A DNA stretch of 63,945 bases, the filler included, from Hyphochytrium catenoides (lineage: Eukaryota; Protista; Hyphochytriomycota): the NCBI GenBank assembly GCA_900088475.1. It is 12 parts of 12 records of this genome, joined end to end, with 100 filler letters (N's around TTAATTAATTAA, not from the genome) between each part and the next. Parts side by side here need not be neighbours in the genome. Positions count along the whole stretch, not along the records: positions 25,231 to 47,093 come from FLMG01000894.1; positions 47,194 to 49,045 come from FLMG01004702.1; positions 49,146 to 56,051 come from FLMG01003975.1; 9 more parts are not named here. One strand, written 5' to 3'. The notes beneath the pieces are model-generated. The model saw only the letters and a program-made list of their open reading frames with translations, did no database searches and was not told the origin of the DNA. Made by a program: the position numbers and the translations under genes. Below are positions 39,110 through 55,763 of the stretch, piece by piece; the stretch's first letter is position 1, and the number at the start of each line of letters is the position of its first letter.

Positions 39110-40416
39110 TGTTCCCCTACCGAGAGTCACGGTAATTAGTGCGTCAGTAGGGCAATAGCTAGCCTGAGAAGAAAGCAGCAGCAAAGCCAGGAGACAGGAA
39201 AATGGGCCAGCAGAATGAGACGATGGGACTTACTGGTCTTGGAGCTTTCTTTATTAGTCGTTGGCTTTATGTTTCTGCGCTGAGAAGGAGGCTGAGTACC
39301 CGTGAAGCTTTGGACTTAGGGCCACGAAGCTTCAAAGTCGATCCTTTGGAGTCTCAGAGACGTAAGTGATGAAGATTATTGAGGATGACGAGACAAGATG
39401 GAGAAGAGAGCGATCGCTGACTGTTACTGTACGTCTCGCGTTCACGTCACCGCCCTTCCTCTCTNNNNNNNNNNNNNNNNNNNNNNNNNNNNNNNTCTCT
39501 CTCTCTCTCTCTCTCTCTGTGTGCCGGTCTGATGATTGCTACTTGCCTCCCAGCACAGATTCGCGGCAGAGCCGCGACTCCAACTCGAAGAGGAACCATA
39601 CGTAATAATACAGCTATCAAGAGTAATAGGCAGTGGTAAGTAGGACTAATGCCTGCAGTTTTGTGTCTTAGTAATATGGGAGAGGGTCCACGTACTATCA
39701 GATTGGCACTCACGGCAGCTTGGATGATGGAAGGATCCTGGATCCGAGATGTATTGAACTTCAAATCCTATTTATCTAGGATAAGTAACCCTGGTATCCC
39801 GGATTTATTCTGCTAGAAGGAGTATCTAAGCAAGAATTGTATCTTTCAGAAGAAGGAATATATATTGAAATGTGGAGTCTAACATTTAGTTGGAAGAGGA
39901 CGGAATAATTCAAATTCTTTCCATATCTTCGTTTGCATGATGAAGTTTTCGACCTCCCCCAGGATTTGCTAGCCGGTGAGGGAGAATTCAAACGGCAACT
40001 TGCCGCTTCGCCCCGTTCGTTGGCTTCTGTTGATGGATGAAAGGCTAGATCGGCCATCGCCTGCTTCTGATGATCCGCCAGTGCTTTACCTGCCTCGAGT
40101 CCATTTGGCCTTCCTCGTCAATGAAGCTGGTCTTAGGATTTCGCTTGCTCATGGACTAACTTATGAGGATGCGCCTGTCGGAGTTTACCCGGACTGAAAG
40201 ATCTTATCAGTGTTCATAAGCAACATCTTCCTTGAGTGTCAGGGCTCACCTGCTCGTCATCTGATTCTGTGTGTGGTGGTGGGGTATCGCTTCTCGTCAA
40301 GACCAAGGGCCTGCAACCAAGGTTTAGGGCCAGGTAGGGCCGTAAGGCATCAGCAGCTGCTAGATAGGGTCAGAATAGCGACCCACTTTCTTAGGAAGAC
40401 TCGAAACCTAGGCACC

Positions 40417-42789
40417 ATGCGAAGCAGGAGGCGCAACGAGAGTTCTCCCACCTCTAAAAACGCTCCAGAACTCTCAGTCAATAGTAATGCCAAAGAAGGT
40501 GAGCATGAATTGATCGTATGATCCTCTGTTGCCAATATCCTCTTGACTGGTCTGCTCTTGCTGTAGGGTCTCCTAGGAGTACGCTTCAAGAGTCAACGCC
40601 TCCCCCTCGCACCCCTCGCTCCGCCCATACTCCCAGACGAGCGGGAGGTGGAAAGAAAGGCGATGCTACACTTTTAGTAAACGAAGATGAGGCAAAAAAG
40701 TGGAATAGCTTCTACGTTAGGACCGTATACACCCTGCTCATGATCGCTGGCTTCTTTGCCATTGTATTCATTGGAAGACAAATGGCCACGGCGCTTCTTG
40801 TCTTCTTTCTTCAGGTCTAGCAGCTACAGTCAACCGCATAGACCTTTGTTTTCTCTTTCTGTCTTCTCTTTTTCTGGATTTCTCATCCTTTATTTGTCTC
40901 TCACTTGACCCGCTTCCCTTTCGCTTCACCGCCGTCCACTTTTTGCTTGCTTTTTCTGTGAATCCATTGTCCTTGGTCAATCGCTTGCCTGGAAGCCCGA
41001 TAACTTAGGTCTTTCGTCTCTAACGAGTCTGGATGCGAACACTAATCTTCTTTTACTGACAAGTTCTCCTGGTAATGGTCTCTTGTTCTTATGCCGACGT
41101 TTTTAGGCGATGATGTACGGAGAGACAATTCGTCTAATGTTTAAGTACCAGCATGAGAAGGAGCTGCCTCGCTTCCGTCGTCTGTATTATTATTGGTTCT
41201 TCGTCTGCGTCATCTTTGTCTATGGGAGAATCCTGATGGAGCATTTTGAGTTGCACGTCTTCGACAAGCTGCTTGGCATGGAGGTGAGTGACGAAGGAAA
41301 TGCGCTTACTGGGACGGGTTGGGAGGAGCTGCACTCGGGCGTCATTGCTTGTGGCTTATGAACTTTGCGCAATTCGTAGATGGGAGAGAAAGGATACATC
41401 TTGCGCCATCACACAGCTATTTCCTACGCTTTATATGTGGCTGGGTTCATCACCTTCGTCATTAACTTGCGCAAGAAGAAGCACTACAAGTACCAGTTTA
41501 TGCAGTTCGCATACTGCCACATCGCACTGCTTATCATTGTTGTGCAGTCCTCCTTCCTCGTCTATAACATGTTCCAGGTGAGACGGACTTATAAGAGCTC
41601 TGCCGTCTTACAATGTCTTCTCGGGCTTATGTCTCTTTTAACCTTCGTTACGCATGAGAATGTAAGAGCTCACCCTTGTGGTCTCTAGGGCATGATCTGG
41701 TTCTTCTTGCCCTGCTCGTTGGTCATCTGCAACGATATCTTTGCCTACATCTGGGGTTTCTTCTTTGGAAGAACGAGGCTCATCCCTCAGCTCTCTCCGA
41801 AGAAGACGTGGGAAGGCTTTCTTGGTGCCCTGTTCACCACCATTCTCTTCTCGTTCTTCTTCTCTCGCTTTATGGCTCAGTTTGAGCTCATGATATGCCC
41901 ACAGAAAGGTTTCCTGCAGTCTTTCCATAGCTGCGAGAGAGATCCTTTGTACATTCCTCGACCTCTCGCCTCCTACTCCTTCTTCAAGTATATCGCTTCT
42001 TCTCCCGCTTTTCTGAGCAAGGGGTTGATCCATTTCGGCGACAGTTTTACTCTCTCTCCCATACAACTTCATGCACTGGTTCTCGCTGTGTTTGCCTCCA
42101 TCGTGGCGCCTTTTGGAGGCTTCTTTGCTAGCGGATTCAAGAGAGGTAAGTTAGATGCACCAAGAATGGACCTGATGCCCTTATTCTCGCTCTAGTTCTG
42201 GCATCTCTTCTTAGGATCTCTTTATAACCCTAAGCTATGATAAAGTGTCTCTGTCTCTCGTCAGTTTCTGACACGCTTTCGCCCTCGGGGTACTCCTTTC
42301 TCTCATGCGGTTTCTCAGCCTTCAAGATTAAAGACTTTGGCGACAGTATTCCAGGGCATGGCGGGGTGACTGACAGGATGGACTGCCAAATAGTCATGGG
42401 TACGGCGAAACGTGTACTCCTTTCGATTTAACGTGTACTCCTTTCCGATGTTTTCTCTCTATCTTTCCTGTGTCTTCTACGCTCGGTGTTGTCTGTGTGC
42501 ACATTGCGCCTCTCTTTGAGGCATTGGCAAATCTGCTTGTTTTCCCCTCTGTAAAGTATCCACTGTGGCTTGGCTGTGGGACTGCCACCACGTCGCTCAT
42601 GATCGTCTCCTGCTGATCTTCTCCAATGCAGGCCTGACTTCATACATCTACTATACGAACTTCGTCAACCCTCCGACTATAGAGTCAGAGATCCTACGCC
42701 TGCTGCTGCAGCTCTCTCCGCAGCAGCAACTGGAGGTGTACCAGCACATAACCAATCGGCTTAGAGAAAGCGGAGCTCTTGGTCGCTAG
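40417..42789 (+). CDS. CDS: Phosphatidate cytidylyltransferase (CDP-diacylglycerol synthase), 7 exons
   Basis: [68 protein letters not shown]; six GT-AG introns. Confidence 0.97.
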
Positions 42790-43175
42790 GGTTCACAACA
42801 GGACGACTCAGGGAAAGAACGATTGCCCACAGAATGATGGGAAATGAGCAAAAGGTCAATGCTCAAGGGCATTGTATAACTCTGTGACACGTCTGAGAGG
42901 TGGAAGAGAATAATGAGGAACAGTATATGCCTAACTCTAATTGCAGCGACGTTTTGCCTGAGTCTGTCTCTCTCCTTACCTTCCCTACAATGCGAAGGCA
43001 CCATAGATATTCGACCTATGATACCGACGTGGATTGAGACGAACAGTTGTAATATTATCTATGTACATTTGCTACATCCTAACGACTTGCTACTCTCTCA
43101 CTCTCTTGCATTATCGCAACATTCAGTCCCTGGGATCTATGTACAAAGTGTGGTTGATCGCCACCTCCTTCACCA

Positions 43176-46896
<3,721 letters not shown>

Positions 46897-47443
46897 GGGT
46901 GAGAAAGCTGCCAGGAGACGAGATCAAGAGAAAGAGATGCCGTTTATCTTTCTGCAGGCGAAGGAGAAGAGGAAGAAAGCAAGAAGACAGAGGTAATAGA
47001 CAGCAGCTGGCAGATCACTTTGTGACCAAAGATCTTCTTTCCTTCTTGTCGCGCCGTTTGGCGCTATCTTCTCTCTCTTCTGACAGGCGTCGANNNNNNN
47101 NNNNNNNNNNNNNNNNNNNNNNNNNNNNNNNNNNNNNTTAATTAATTAANNNNNNNNNNNNNNNNNNNNNNNNNNNNNNNNNNNNNNNNNNNNGACCGTA
47201 AGAAGGCTGTCCTCAATCGTGAGGGCTGTGTCCCATTCGCCTGCTAGTCGGTCCCTATCCTATGCTCAAGTCGTCAGTAGTAAGGGTGGAGAACTACTAG
47301 GAGGTAACACACATATAACAACTATTCTCCCATGCCTCCTGTGACATCTCCGTGGGAAACTCCATGGCGGTAATGCCAGCCTCCATTAGACGAAGCTCCT
47401 TCATAGACTTGCCATCCCTCGAGAGAGCGTAGACGTCGAATTA

Positions 47444-47790
47444 ATGGAGAATGCTCTATCCGTCACTGAGCAACGAGCCATTGATGAGAAGGTCAGGAAG
47501 CCAAGTTCATGGACGGAGTGGAATGAGCTGTATAAGGCTATCCTACGCACCAGAGAGTCCACAGCGGGTTCAAGCTGGAAGGCTCTGGGTCGGCAGACGT
47601 CCGCAACAGAGAACCCTACTCGACCTCGGAATGATAAGAAGAGAGAAAAGGGGAAGCCGTGGAAAAGACAGAGAGGCAAGGATAGGACAGAGCCTCTCGT
47701 GTGCCACGATTGCAATTATGAGGGCCACATTGCTAAGTATTGCCATCAGTACGAGAAGGGGAAGCGTATAAATAGCGGACCAAAGCCTTC
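47444..47790 (+). mobile_element. LTR-retrotransposon gag remnant with CCHC zinc knuckle
   Basis: CHDCNYEGHIAKYC (CX2CX4HX4C) preceded by a basic K/R-rich stretch. Flanks are stop-ridden. A weak integrase-like KYAYNAQEH occurs near 48630-48656. Confidence 0.6.
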
Positions 47791-50019
47791 CGGATCAGGA
47801 GGTGAAAGTGAGTTGATGATGATGGTGGATCAGCTGGTGCTGGGTGTTTGCTGTTGCTGATTTCTAGCAGCACCGGGTGTAGTAGTCGTCGCAGCAGCCG
47901 TGGCCGTCGTCGCAGCAGCCGTCGTCGTGGCCGTAGTAGTATTGGTAGCAGTAGTAGTAGCACTACTGCTGACGAAAGCAGCACCAGTTATAATAGTAGT
48001 GGTGGTACAAGGTTGGGAGGCGATAGTAGAAAAACAGGAAGCAGCAGCAGTGTCGGCAGCACTGTCACGACCATCACCATCACACCGTCCTTCTTCTGCC
48101 CTCCTCTCCCTTGCTGCACTCGGACGTAAAGAGGAAGAAGAAGAGTTGGCCCTCTTCTGCAATGCATCCAGAAACCCTTTGCAAGAAGGTGCCTAGTGTG
48201 ATAGTAAAAACTACAGCCAAGTCAGCAGCTTTACAGCTGATCTTAGATATACCCACCAGCAACCGTATTTGCACGGATGTCAGTGACCTCAGCCTCGAAA
48301 TCTGAGAGACTATTCATCGTTTCCCTAAGAGTTTTTGGTGATGCACAAGCGCTTGAACCTCCTCGGTTCGTGAAAATGGAAGAGTGTTGAGACGACAGTC
48401 TGATCTTTGCCAGCGGCAAACCAGTGACTAACAAGCGGGACCAGCAGATGAAAGGAGGCTAAAGATTGCGTGAGGGAGGGCTAACCTTCTAACGGGACCA
48501 CTACTCACATCAATTCTCATTGAGTCCTGAGGTGGTTCTTCAACACAGGTCTTTGGATCTTTGGTACTGCCCATGCAACAGTGAAAGATCGTTCAGGATC
48601 TCATTCTACAACGCGCCTTGTAGTTTTCAAATACGCGTACAACGCACAGGAGCACATCCAACATTCACGCCCCACAACCCACCATAGCGATGGACAGGCT
48701 GTTCATCATCGTCGTGCACATACGACAACGACGAACAGTCAAAAGTAGTGGAATATACACAGTTTCGGCAGCTCGCTGCCATTATGATCCATCACCACTC
48801 GTCATCTGGCCGTGAACCCTACACGGACAGCAACAATCGACCGAAAGATTTCAATACCTTTCGTCGATTATTTCGTGAAACGTTGATAGTGCTTTCAAAA
48901 TAGAGTGAAATAATGAGAGAGGTAGATTGCACAAAAAGTTCTTATGTAGCGTTGGGAATGAAAGGAAACGAAGAGTGATTGGTCAATGGGTAGGACAGGA
49001 GAGAGAGAGAGAGAGAAAGAGAAAGAGAGAGAGTTGAGAGAGAGANNNNNNNNNNNNNNNNNNNNNNNNNNNNNNNNNNNNNNNNNNNNTTAATTAATTA
49101 ANNNNNNNNNNNNNNNNNNNNNNNNNNNNNNNNNNNNNNNNNNNNTGAGGATCATCTTCAGCTTAGCGTAGGGGCTATAAGATGGAGAAGGTTTCTAATT
49201 AGAGGCAACAAGAAGAGGAGATAGACAGGTTATCTGCTTCTTGCACTCGCTCATCTCGACAACATGATGAGGAATTTTCTGGCGAAACCGGAGGGAATGG
49301 ATCAGCAAACAAAGAGGGGCGCCAAGACCAATGCGTATAGAACGGCACAAAACGTAGTAGGTATGGCAACCGGCCCAGAGATGCTTAAGCGCCTCCTCCA
49401 GTGGCTGAGGGAATATGGAGTCACCGAGCTTCGCAAGAAGATCTTCGAAAAGAAACAATTAATATACAGAGCTTGCCGACGAATGCAGATTGTAGGACAC
49501 TTTGATTTTGTTGCTGAGTGCTAGAAGAGCAGCCCCTGACAACCTTTTGTCCTTTTGTCCTAAAATGTTGTAGGGAACTCGTTGTTGTCGGTAGTGCCTG
49601 TGCTTTGCTTTGCAAGTTGAGACGTGAGACGCATTATTGAAGCGGCGCTTCTTGAGCTCATGGAGAGAGCTAACTTGAAGAAGCTTTTATTTGTCTTCTA
49701 GATGTGAAGAAGTATGAGTTATCGCTAACAAACGTCTCCGAAGGATGCTAAGTTGCTAGATCAGTCTTCTTCTTCTTCTCCAGTGCTATGTGAGGATCGG
49801 CAGGCAACAACAAGAGGGCAACTTCAGACTAATCTTTGATGGCTGCGCGTCTGGCGCTAAACAGGCAAATCAAGTAGTAGTAGCGCAAAAAAGGCAGAGA
49901 CTCTTGTAATGAACCTAGTAGAGACAGGAGTACGGATAAGAGAAACCCTTACTCATTCCGAAGAATTAACACTATAAAACAGTAGTACTTAGACATTAGT
50001 GCCCCAGGAATCAGTGCAT

Positions 50020-51700
50020 TCATCAATGAGCTGAAGGGGACCATGTAAGGGATGAGAGGTTGGATAGCCAGCCATCTGCAGCAGGGCCTAGTGAGTGGGC
50101 TAACCAAGAAGCGCTGGCGCGCTCTATGAAGTCAGTAAGTCTGGGTTTCTCTGTCTCGATGCCCCTTTCGGCTGCTTGAAGAGCCTTGCAAATGTCTGTG
50201 TCCAGGGAGCTGCCTCCTTTAAGCCCAAGTAATAGTCTTCTTCTTGTTTGGAGACGACAGGACAAGAATTCTGAAATAGACGCGAGGTCTCTTCTGAAGA
50301 TAGGGTCTATGATGAAGCGTTAGCTAGATGAACAGCTAGGTTCTTGGTCATTCCATTATTGATCATATGGCATTAATCCTATCCACCTGACTGCTTCCTG
50401 GCGATCATCAGCGGTATGGGATCCACACCTTTATTATCCGACCTCGAAAGTAATGGAAAGCTTTGTTGAGGACTAGTAGAACACTAGAGATGAGAACAAG
50501 GGTCCCTGCTTCGGGGCGATAGCGTTTGCTAAAAGATTTATATTATAGGAGGTGGCGTGAATGACAAATAGAAGAGCTTCTTCTCAAAGACAAAAGCACG
50601 ACAACAGGTGCCTCTCTGATTAGCTAGTGATGCCACGTACGTATGCGTCAAGCCCATCATCTTCCTCTGTGGTGATGGTAGCTGCGAGGCAGGGTTACAG
50701 CCTCGTCTTCCTTTGTATTGTTACTTGCTGATTGTGAATATGTGCTGTCTACTATGATGTTAAGAAGAAGCAAGCTGCATGATGATGAGGTCGGCACAAG
50801 GAAAGAGAGAAGGCGCACGATGAGACTCGAACTTTGGTGATACGACTGTTTTCGGGTCGTCACCACCCGATGCACTCCTCCTAGAAGTGAGCCAAATCAA
50901 AAGAGGCAGACGCACTTCCGCATCATGGACATCATTGGCATGCCAGAAGGCCTCCAGAAACTCGTCGGCCAGCGGTGAAGAGTGAGCCTCGACATCCGCC
51001 ATCCACAAAAGTTGCGCCATCAACGTGGTCAAGGCACCAACAGAACTGAACCTAGATACGCAGGAGTCGCCAAAGATCCGAACAGGCAGGCGCAAGACCA
51101 ATGCCACCCTTGCCAGACCAGGTCCGGGACGGAAGGCTCTCTCTGTTTTTGTGATTGCAGAGCCTGATAATTGCAAGCGCGAAGAGAAAAGAACGAATAG
51201 GAAAGAAAGAGAGGGAGAGAGAGACAGTGAGAGAATGTAAGCCGGGTGAGATAGAAACAGAAGTTATCAGAATAGCTCCTGTCTGAGATGAAACCCTCAT
51301 CAGCTCATCAGCGGGATGCGGACCTCTCTCTGGGCTTTAACAGTCCTTCTTCAGAAGACAGCTAGCAGCATGGCATTCAAAGCGTGTTCTACACACTCAG
51401 CAGGTGACTTCCAATGATAGTTCTACTGCCCCAAAACAGTAGTGATAGGCTCCATCATGGGAAGTCTTTGTCTTATTATTAGGAGAGACCGTGTACTCAG
51501 GTAGTCAGCCTCCGGAGATCAGTTGAGGAAGGTAACCCAGAGGCGGTAGACTAAGAAGCGAGGAGCACCTCATAACTCAACATTGATATCATAAAGAATT
51601 AGTTCTTGCTTATCATTGTACTCTGTGATTGGTTCGGGGATGATAATATTGAGGAGGAAATTCGTAAGCGAGCCATTATTCTCATCCAGAAGCGCCTTCA
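50020..51700 (-). pseudogene. Decayed coding-like sequence of unknown family (possibly Crinkler-like)
   Basis: Long near-open frames with scattered stops (MKALLDENNGSLTNFLLNIIIPEP... from about 51700; DEFLEAFWHA...EVRLP...SLFPCADLII at 50970-50785). Confidence 0.25.
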
Positions 51701-51726
51701 TCTTTTATAAAATAAATAAAGCGTAC

Positions 51727-52988
51727 CGCCTTTCTAGGTCCTTTATCTCAGGAGCCTCAGGTTGCCCTTATAACACACAGTGCAAGAAGAAGTAGTCCTG
51801 GGCATGATCTCGAGTAGTTCTATCCCGTCGTACTCCTTTCTGGAAAGTTGGATTTGGTCTCATGCAGTTGCCTCTTGACCTCGCCTTGTGAACTTGTATT
51901 GTTCCCATCCTCCCCGCCTTCTTATTATTAGCTTACAAAGTACTCGGAGTAATAAGAATGATGCTGCATGGTCACCTAGACTGAAGCAGCAGATGACGAT
52001 GAGTATTTTGGCAGTAGAATGATGCGACTTTCAAGTAGAAGAGCAATAATGTCTGAACTACCTTCAAACTGTTCTTAATCTCCTTACAAGTGGTAGTACC
52101 AAGCCTGATGCTACCCTTGATGAGAAGTCCAAGCCCTTGAACTAAGATGACTTCTTCTTCATTAGAACAGATATCTTAGACGGTACCGCGTTTGCTCTGG
52201 CAACAATGAGCCGGAGGGAGTACTTAGAATATTATTCTCCTTCATAGCAGGTAGACGAGGACACCCTTCGCTTGTTAGTAGAGTTTGTCCATCAAGGACA
52301 AGGGGTGAATAGAAGTGTAGAAGAGCAATGTAGATACTCTATGCCTCTACTAGTCGGTTCGGCATGATAACGTGGGATGATAAGAAGGAAATAATAGCCT
52401 TTCCTCGGCCTCAGGCAGAACCGTCCTCATCTTATGCCTGTCGCCTTTCTCGGGCCTCAGTTTCTCAGCAGCCTCAGGTTGCCCTTATAAAATACTGTGC
52501 GGAAAGTAAAAATCTCTAGGCATGATCTCGCGTACCCCGTCTTAGTCCGCTTTAGAACTTACATAACTGATTGGAGCGTCCTAATGTCATGCATGTACCA
52601 CTTTGAACTTTGCTTTTGTGAGCCTCACCTTGTGATGTCCCCATATCCTCCCGGCCTTCTTATAATTAGCTTACTTGTACAAGTACGACAAATCAGGTAC
52701 TACTGTTGCATGCTGGTCCCATAGACTGAAGCAGAAGACGATGCGTACTTTGGCAGGAGACCGATGTTTCTTTTCTCAAGTAGAGTATGCTTGAACTACC
52801 TCTCAAAGTATTTTTACTCTACTCAGTAGTGGTTCCAAGCCTGATCCTACCCTTGATGAGAGTTCAGGCCCTTGAAACTTCCTCATCAGAAAAGATCTCT
52901 TGGACGGTACCGCGTTGGCTCTGACAACAAATGAGACGAAGGGAGTTATTTATCCTCCTTCAGAGCAGTCGAAGAGGACACCCTTCGC
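51727..52988 (+). repeat. Diverged direct duplication of about 545 bp (51727-52271 and 52442-52988)
   Basis: Collinear shared anchors AGCCTCAGGTTGCCCTTATAA (51753, 52470), GGCATGATCTCG, TAGACTGAAGCAG, CTACCCTTGATGAGA, GACGGTACCGCGTT and GAGGACACCCTTCGC. Confidence 0.92.
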
Positions 52989-53011
52989 CTTGTCCCTCAC
53001 GTTAGCCCTGC

Positions 53012-53028
53012 TTAGGGTTAGGGTTAGG
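53012..53028 (+). repeat. Short interstitial telomere-like tract (TTAGGG)x2.8
   Basis: TTAGGGTTAGGGTTAGG read directly. Confidence 0.6.
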
Positions 53029-53439
53029 ACCTTGTCTCAATCTGTCATTGTATAAACGAAACGTTATTACAAGGACAATGACTAAAAGCCGCAAAAGGAG
53101 TAAGCGCGCCAATCACCTTGCTTGCAGCAGAGCCTCACTCCCTCCTCCGCAGTGAATCTGCTCCACCGTTTTCATCTCGTTGTTCTCCGTGCCACCGCTC
53201 AAACGTGTCAGCCTCGCTCGGGTCATCAACAGCTTTCGTTCATTCTGCAATTTGCCTCAACCTCCAAGAACCCAACTAAACGCGGAAAACAACAGAAGCT
53301 CCAGACGTCCAGGGCCAAGTAAACAGGCGGGCGTATAGAGCTGCCGTCCAACGGTCTCAGACGGATTACTTCCGGCTAAAAACACTCTCAAACCTGCACG
53401 ACGAGCTCACTCAAGGTGTCTACTAACAAAGCACCTAAG

Positions 53440-54285
53440 ATGACGACTTGGTCCGGATCCTTCATCAAAGCTATCGCCATCGCGGTATTAGCGCTGGGCT
53501 CCAGTGTCTGTGCTCAAGGGGATGATTTGGACTTAAACTTTGAGAAACTATATCCTTCCGCTAGGATAGACGGCACTGCTTGGGTTGGCCAGACTCTTAT
53601 CGTGAATCGTAATACCTGGGTGCTGCGCTACAAAAAGCCATGGAAGTATCCTGAAGGTACCACAACGTATGAGTGGCTCAGCTGCGACAAGACAGGGGAG
53701 CACTGTGTCCTCGCTAAGGGCAAACGCTCCGGCTGCCCGTCCAAAGGATCATGCACTCCCTTTCCGGGGGAGGGTGGTCTCAGCAACACCTACGTCAACC
53801 ACGAGTCAGACGTTGGACGTACCATTAGGGCACGTGTTCGCGTGTTTAATGGGACGGCCAAGATCGTCGACTTCTTGTCTAGGCAATCGTGGGAATTTAT
53901 TCAACCCCAAGGCTGGATATATAACCCTACACCTTCGCCAAACCTCTATTTGGTCTCTCCCACTGCCTTGAACAAAGATCTCGTCTCTACGCTGCCCAAT
54001 GCCACGAGATCAACAGCATCCAACATGCTCTTCCGCTTCCTGGTGGGGACTGATTACTATGCTCAAGTGAAGGTGCAGCTCGACGGTGTTGACAGGCCGG
54101 CAAACTTCAGCCAAACTAGTGATCAAGGCACTTTCGTCGGTGAATTTCGAGCGACTAATCTCAAGCCTGGGCCTCACAGCTTCAAGCTGATTGCTACGTC
54201 GAGCGGAGGTACCTCGGAAACTTCTTATAACTGGACGGTCGTGAAAGTGAAGAGGAACCTTCTCCGAACTGAGTCGGAGCAGTAA
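53440..54285 (+). CDS. Intronless secreted protein with two bacterial-type Ig-like beta-sandwich domains
   Basis: ATG 53440; signal peptide AIAIAVLALGSSVCA. Domain 1: IDGTAWVGQTL...TW...TYEWLSCDKTGEHC...TY...DVGRTIRARVRVFN. Domain 2: TRSTASNMLFRF...QLDG...NLKPGPHSFKLIA...SYNWTV. Confidence 0.85.
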   Translation: MTTWSGSFIKAIAIAVLALGSSVCAQGDDLDLNFEKLYPSARIDGTAWVGQTLIVNRNTWVLRYKKPWKYPEGTTTYEWLSCDKTGEHCVLAKGKRSGCPSKGSCTPFPGEGGLSNTYVNHESDVGRTIRARVRVFNGTAKIVDFLSRQSWEFIQPQGWIYNPTPSPNLYLVSPTALNKDLVSTLPNATRSTASNMLFRFLVGTDYYAQVKVQLDGVDRPANFSQTSDQGTFVGEFRATNLKPGPHSFKLIATSSGGTSETSYNWTVVKVKRNLLRTESEQ

Positions 54286-55185
54286 ACAGAGGGTAGGCTT
54301 CCCTTTTTCTAAATAAAGTGTACAATACGCCGTTCATCAATGAACCTGGTGTGAGTCTTTTTATAAAAATAATGATAAGAATGCGTTTCCTAGTTGATGA
54401 GAGTCGTTTTCTATCGCTGCTCCTGACCTCACGGACAGGTCTTCCCGGACCCCGACATCATCGGCTAGAGTTCCAAGGAGAAGAGAGACCTTCTTGTGCG
54501 TCAGAATCCATCTAAGAACAAGAAGGTGGGGGGAAAGAGAGGAAAAGAAAGAAAAAGAGAAACAGAAGGAGCGAGAGAGCAAGCGAGAGAGACAGTGAGA
54601 AAGAGAGAGAGGAAGAGAAAGAAAGAGAGAGAGAGGGAAAGAGAAGAGAAAAGAGAGAGAGCGAGAAGGGGAGAGAAAATGGAGGAGAGAGTCAGCTGTC
54701 CTAAGGCCTACAGGGCAGCAACGGCAGTGATGCCTTTCAATGCGGTTGCCTGGGCAACATACTCCGGAGTAAGTTGTTTCCCTAATAGCGGAGCTATGCA
54801 CAGAGGTCTGCAGAAGAACGAAGGCGATAAACCAGGCTAAAGCGGGCGCTGAGTCTAAGGTGAGGACATGCTCTACTGGGTGATGATGAGGATAGTGCTG
54901 TCCTACAGACCTACCGAGTGACGAAGAGATTCTCCTTTGAAGAAGAGATCACTGAAGACTCTCATAGAAGACAGAGAAAGTAATGCGGAGCACTAATGAA
55001 GATATTAGCAGTAGTAGTAGGGAAGGTGATGTATTGATAAGCCATACATTTCACTGTTGGAGTGCGAGCCCGAGCGATGCAGAAGAGATCGTCACCTGAT
55101 CGTTCTTCCAGCCTGGTGACCTTCTGACAAAATAACAGACGACACAAAGAGAGAGTGAGAGAGAGACAGACAGACAGGCATAGCG

Positions 55186-55216
<31 letters not shown>

Positions 55217-55692
55217 CACACACAGAGAGAGAGACAGACAGGTATAGAGAGCGAGAGAGCGAGAGAGAGACACACACAAAGAGAGACAGACAGAAGTAGA
55301 GAGAGAGACACACAGAAACGGAGAGAGACAGAGAGAAGTAGAGAGAGAGAGCGAGAGAGAGAGACAGAGGGAGAGGGAGAGGGAGAGAGAGAAGAGAGAG
55401 TAAGGACGTTACCGCCTAAATGGATAAGAACCTACAACTCCGAGTAGCTGCTAACGCTGTTGCTTGAGCACTTTTCGTAGGGTTGGATCAGAATCAACTT
55501 TTCAAGCGTCCATCGTCCTGCTGAAGACTCTCCCAGAATGCGGACAAGCTGGATGGATTGTAAGATCCCTGGGGCTATTTCAGCGAATACTTTGGCATTA
55601 GAGTACTTATAAAAGTCAGCTGGAGTTGTTGGGAGATGGGGTAAATGGGCAGGATCCAGTCAATCTTCTTGGCTAGATTATGATCAACAAAC

Positions 55693-55723
<31 letters not shown>

Positions 55724-55727
55724 CAGC

Positions 55728-55763
<36 letters not shown>

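Noticed and set aside
42409-42449. 19-20-bp tandem duplication in CDS intron 6 (similar small duplication at about 19490-19590)
   Set aside because: Ordinary slippage duplication with no sign of function.
51285-51320. Tandem CTGATGAG on the minus strand as a hammerhead ribozyme core
   Set aside because: No correctly placed stem II and GAAA follow.
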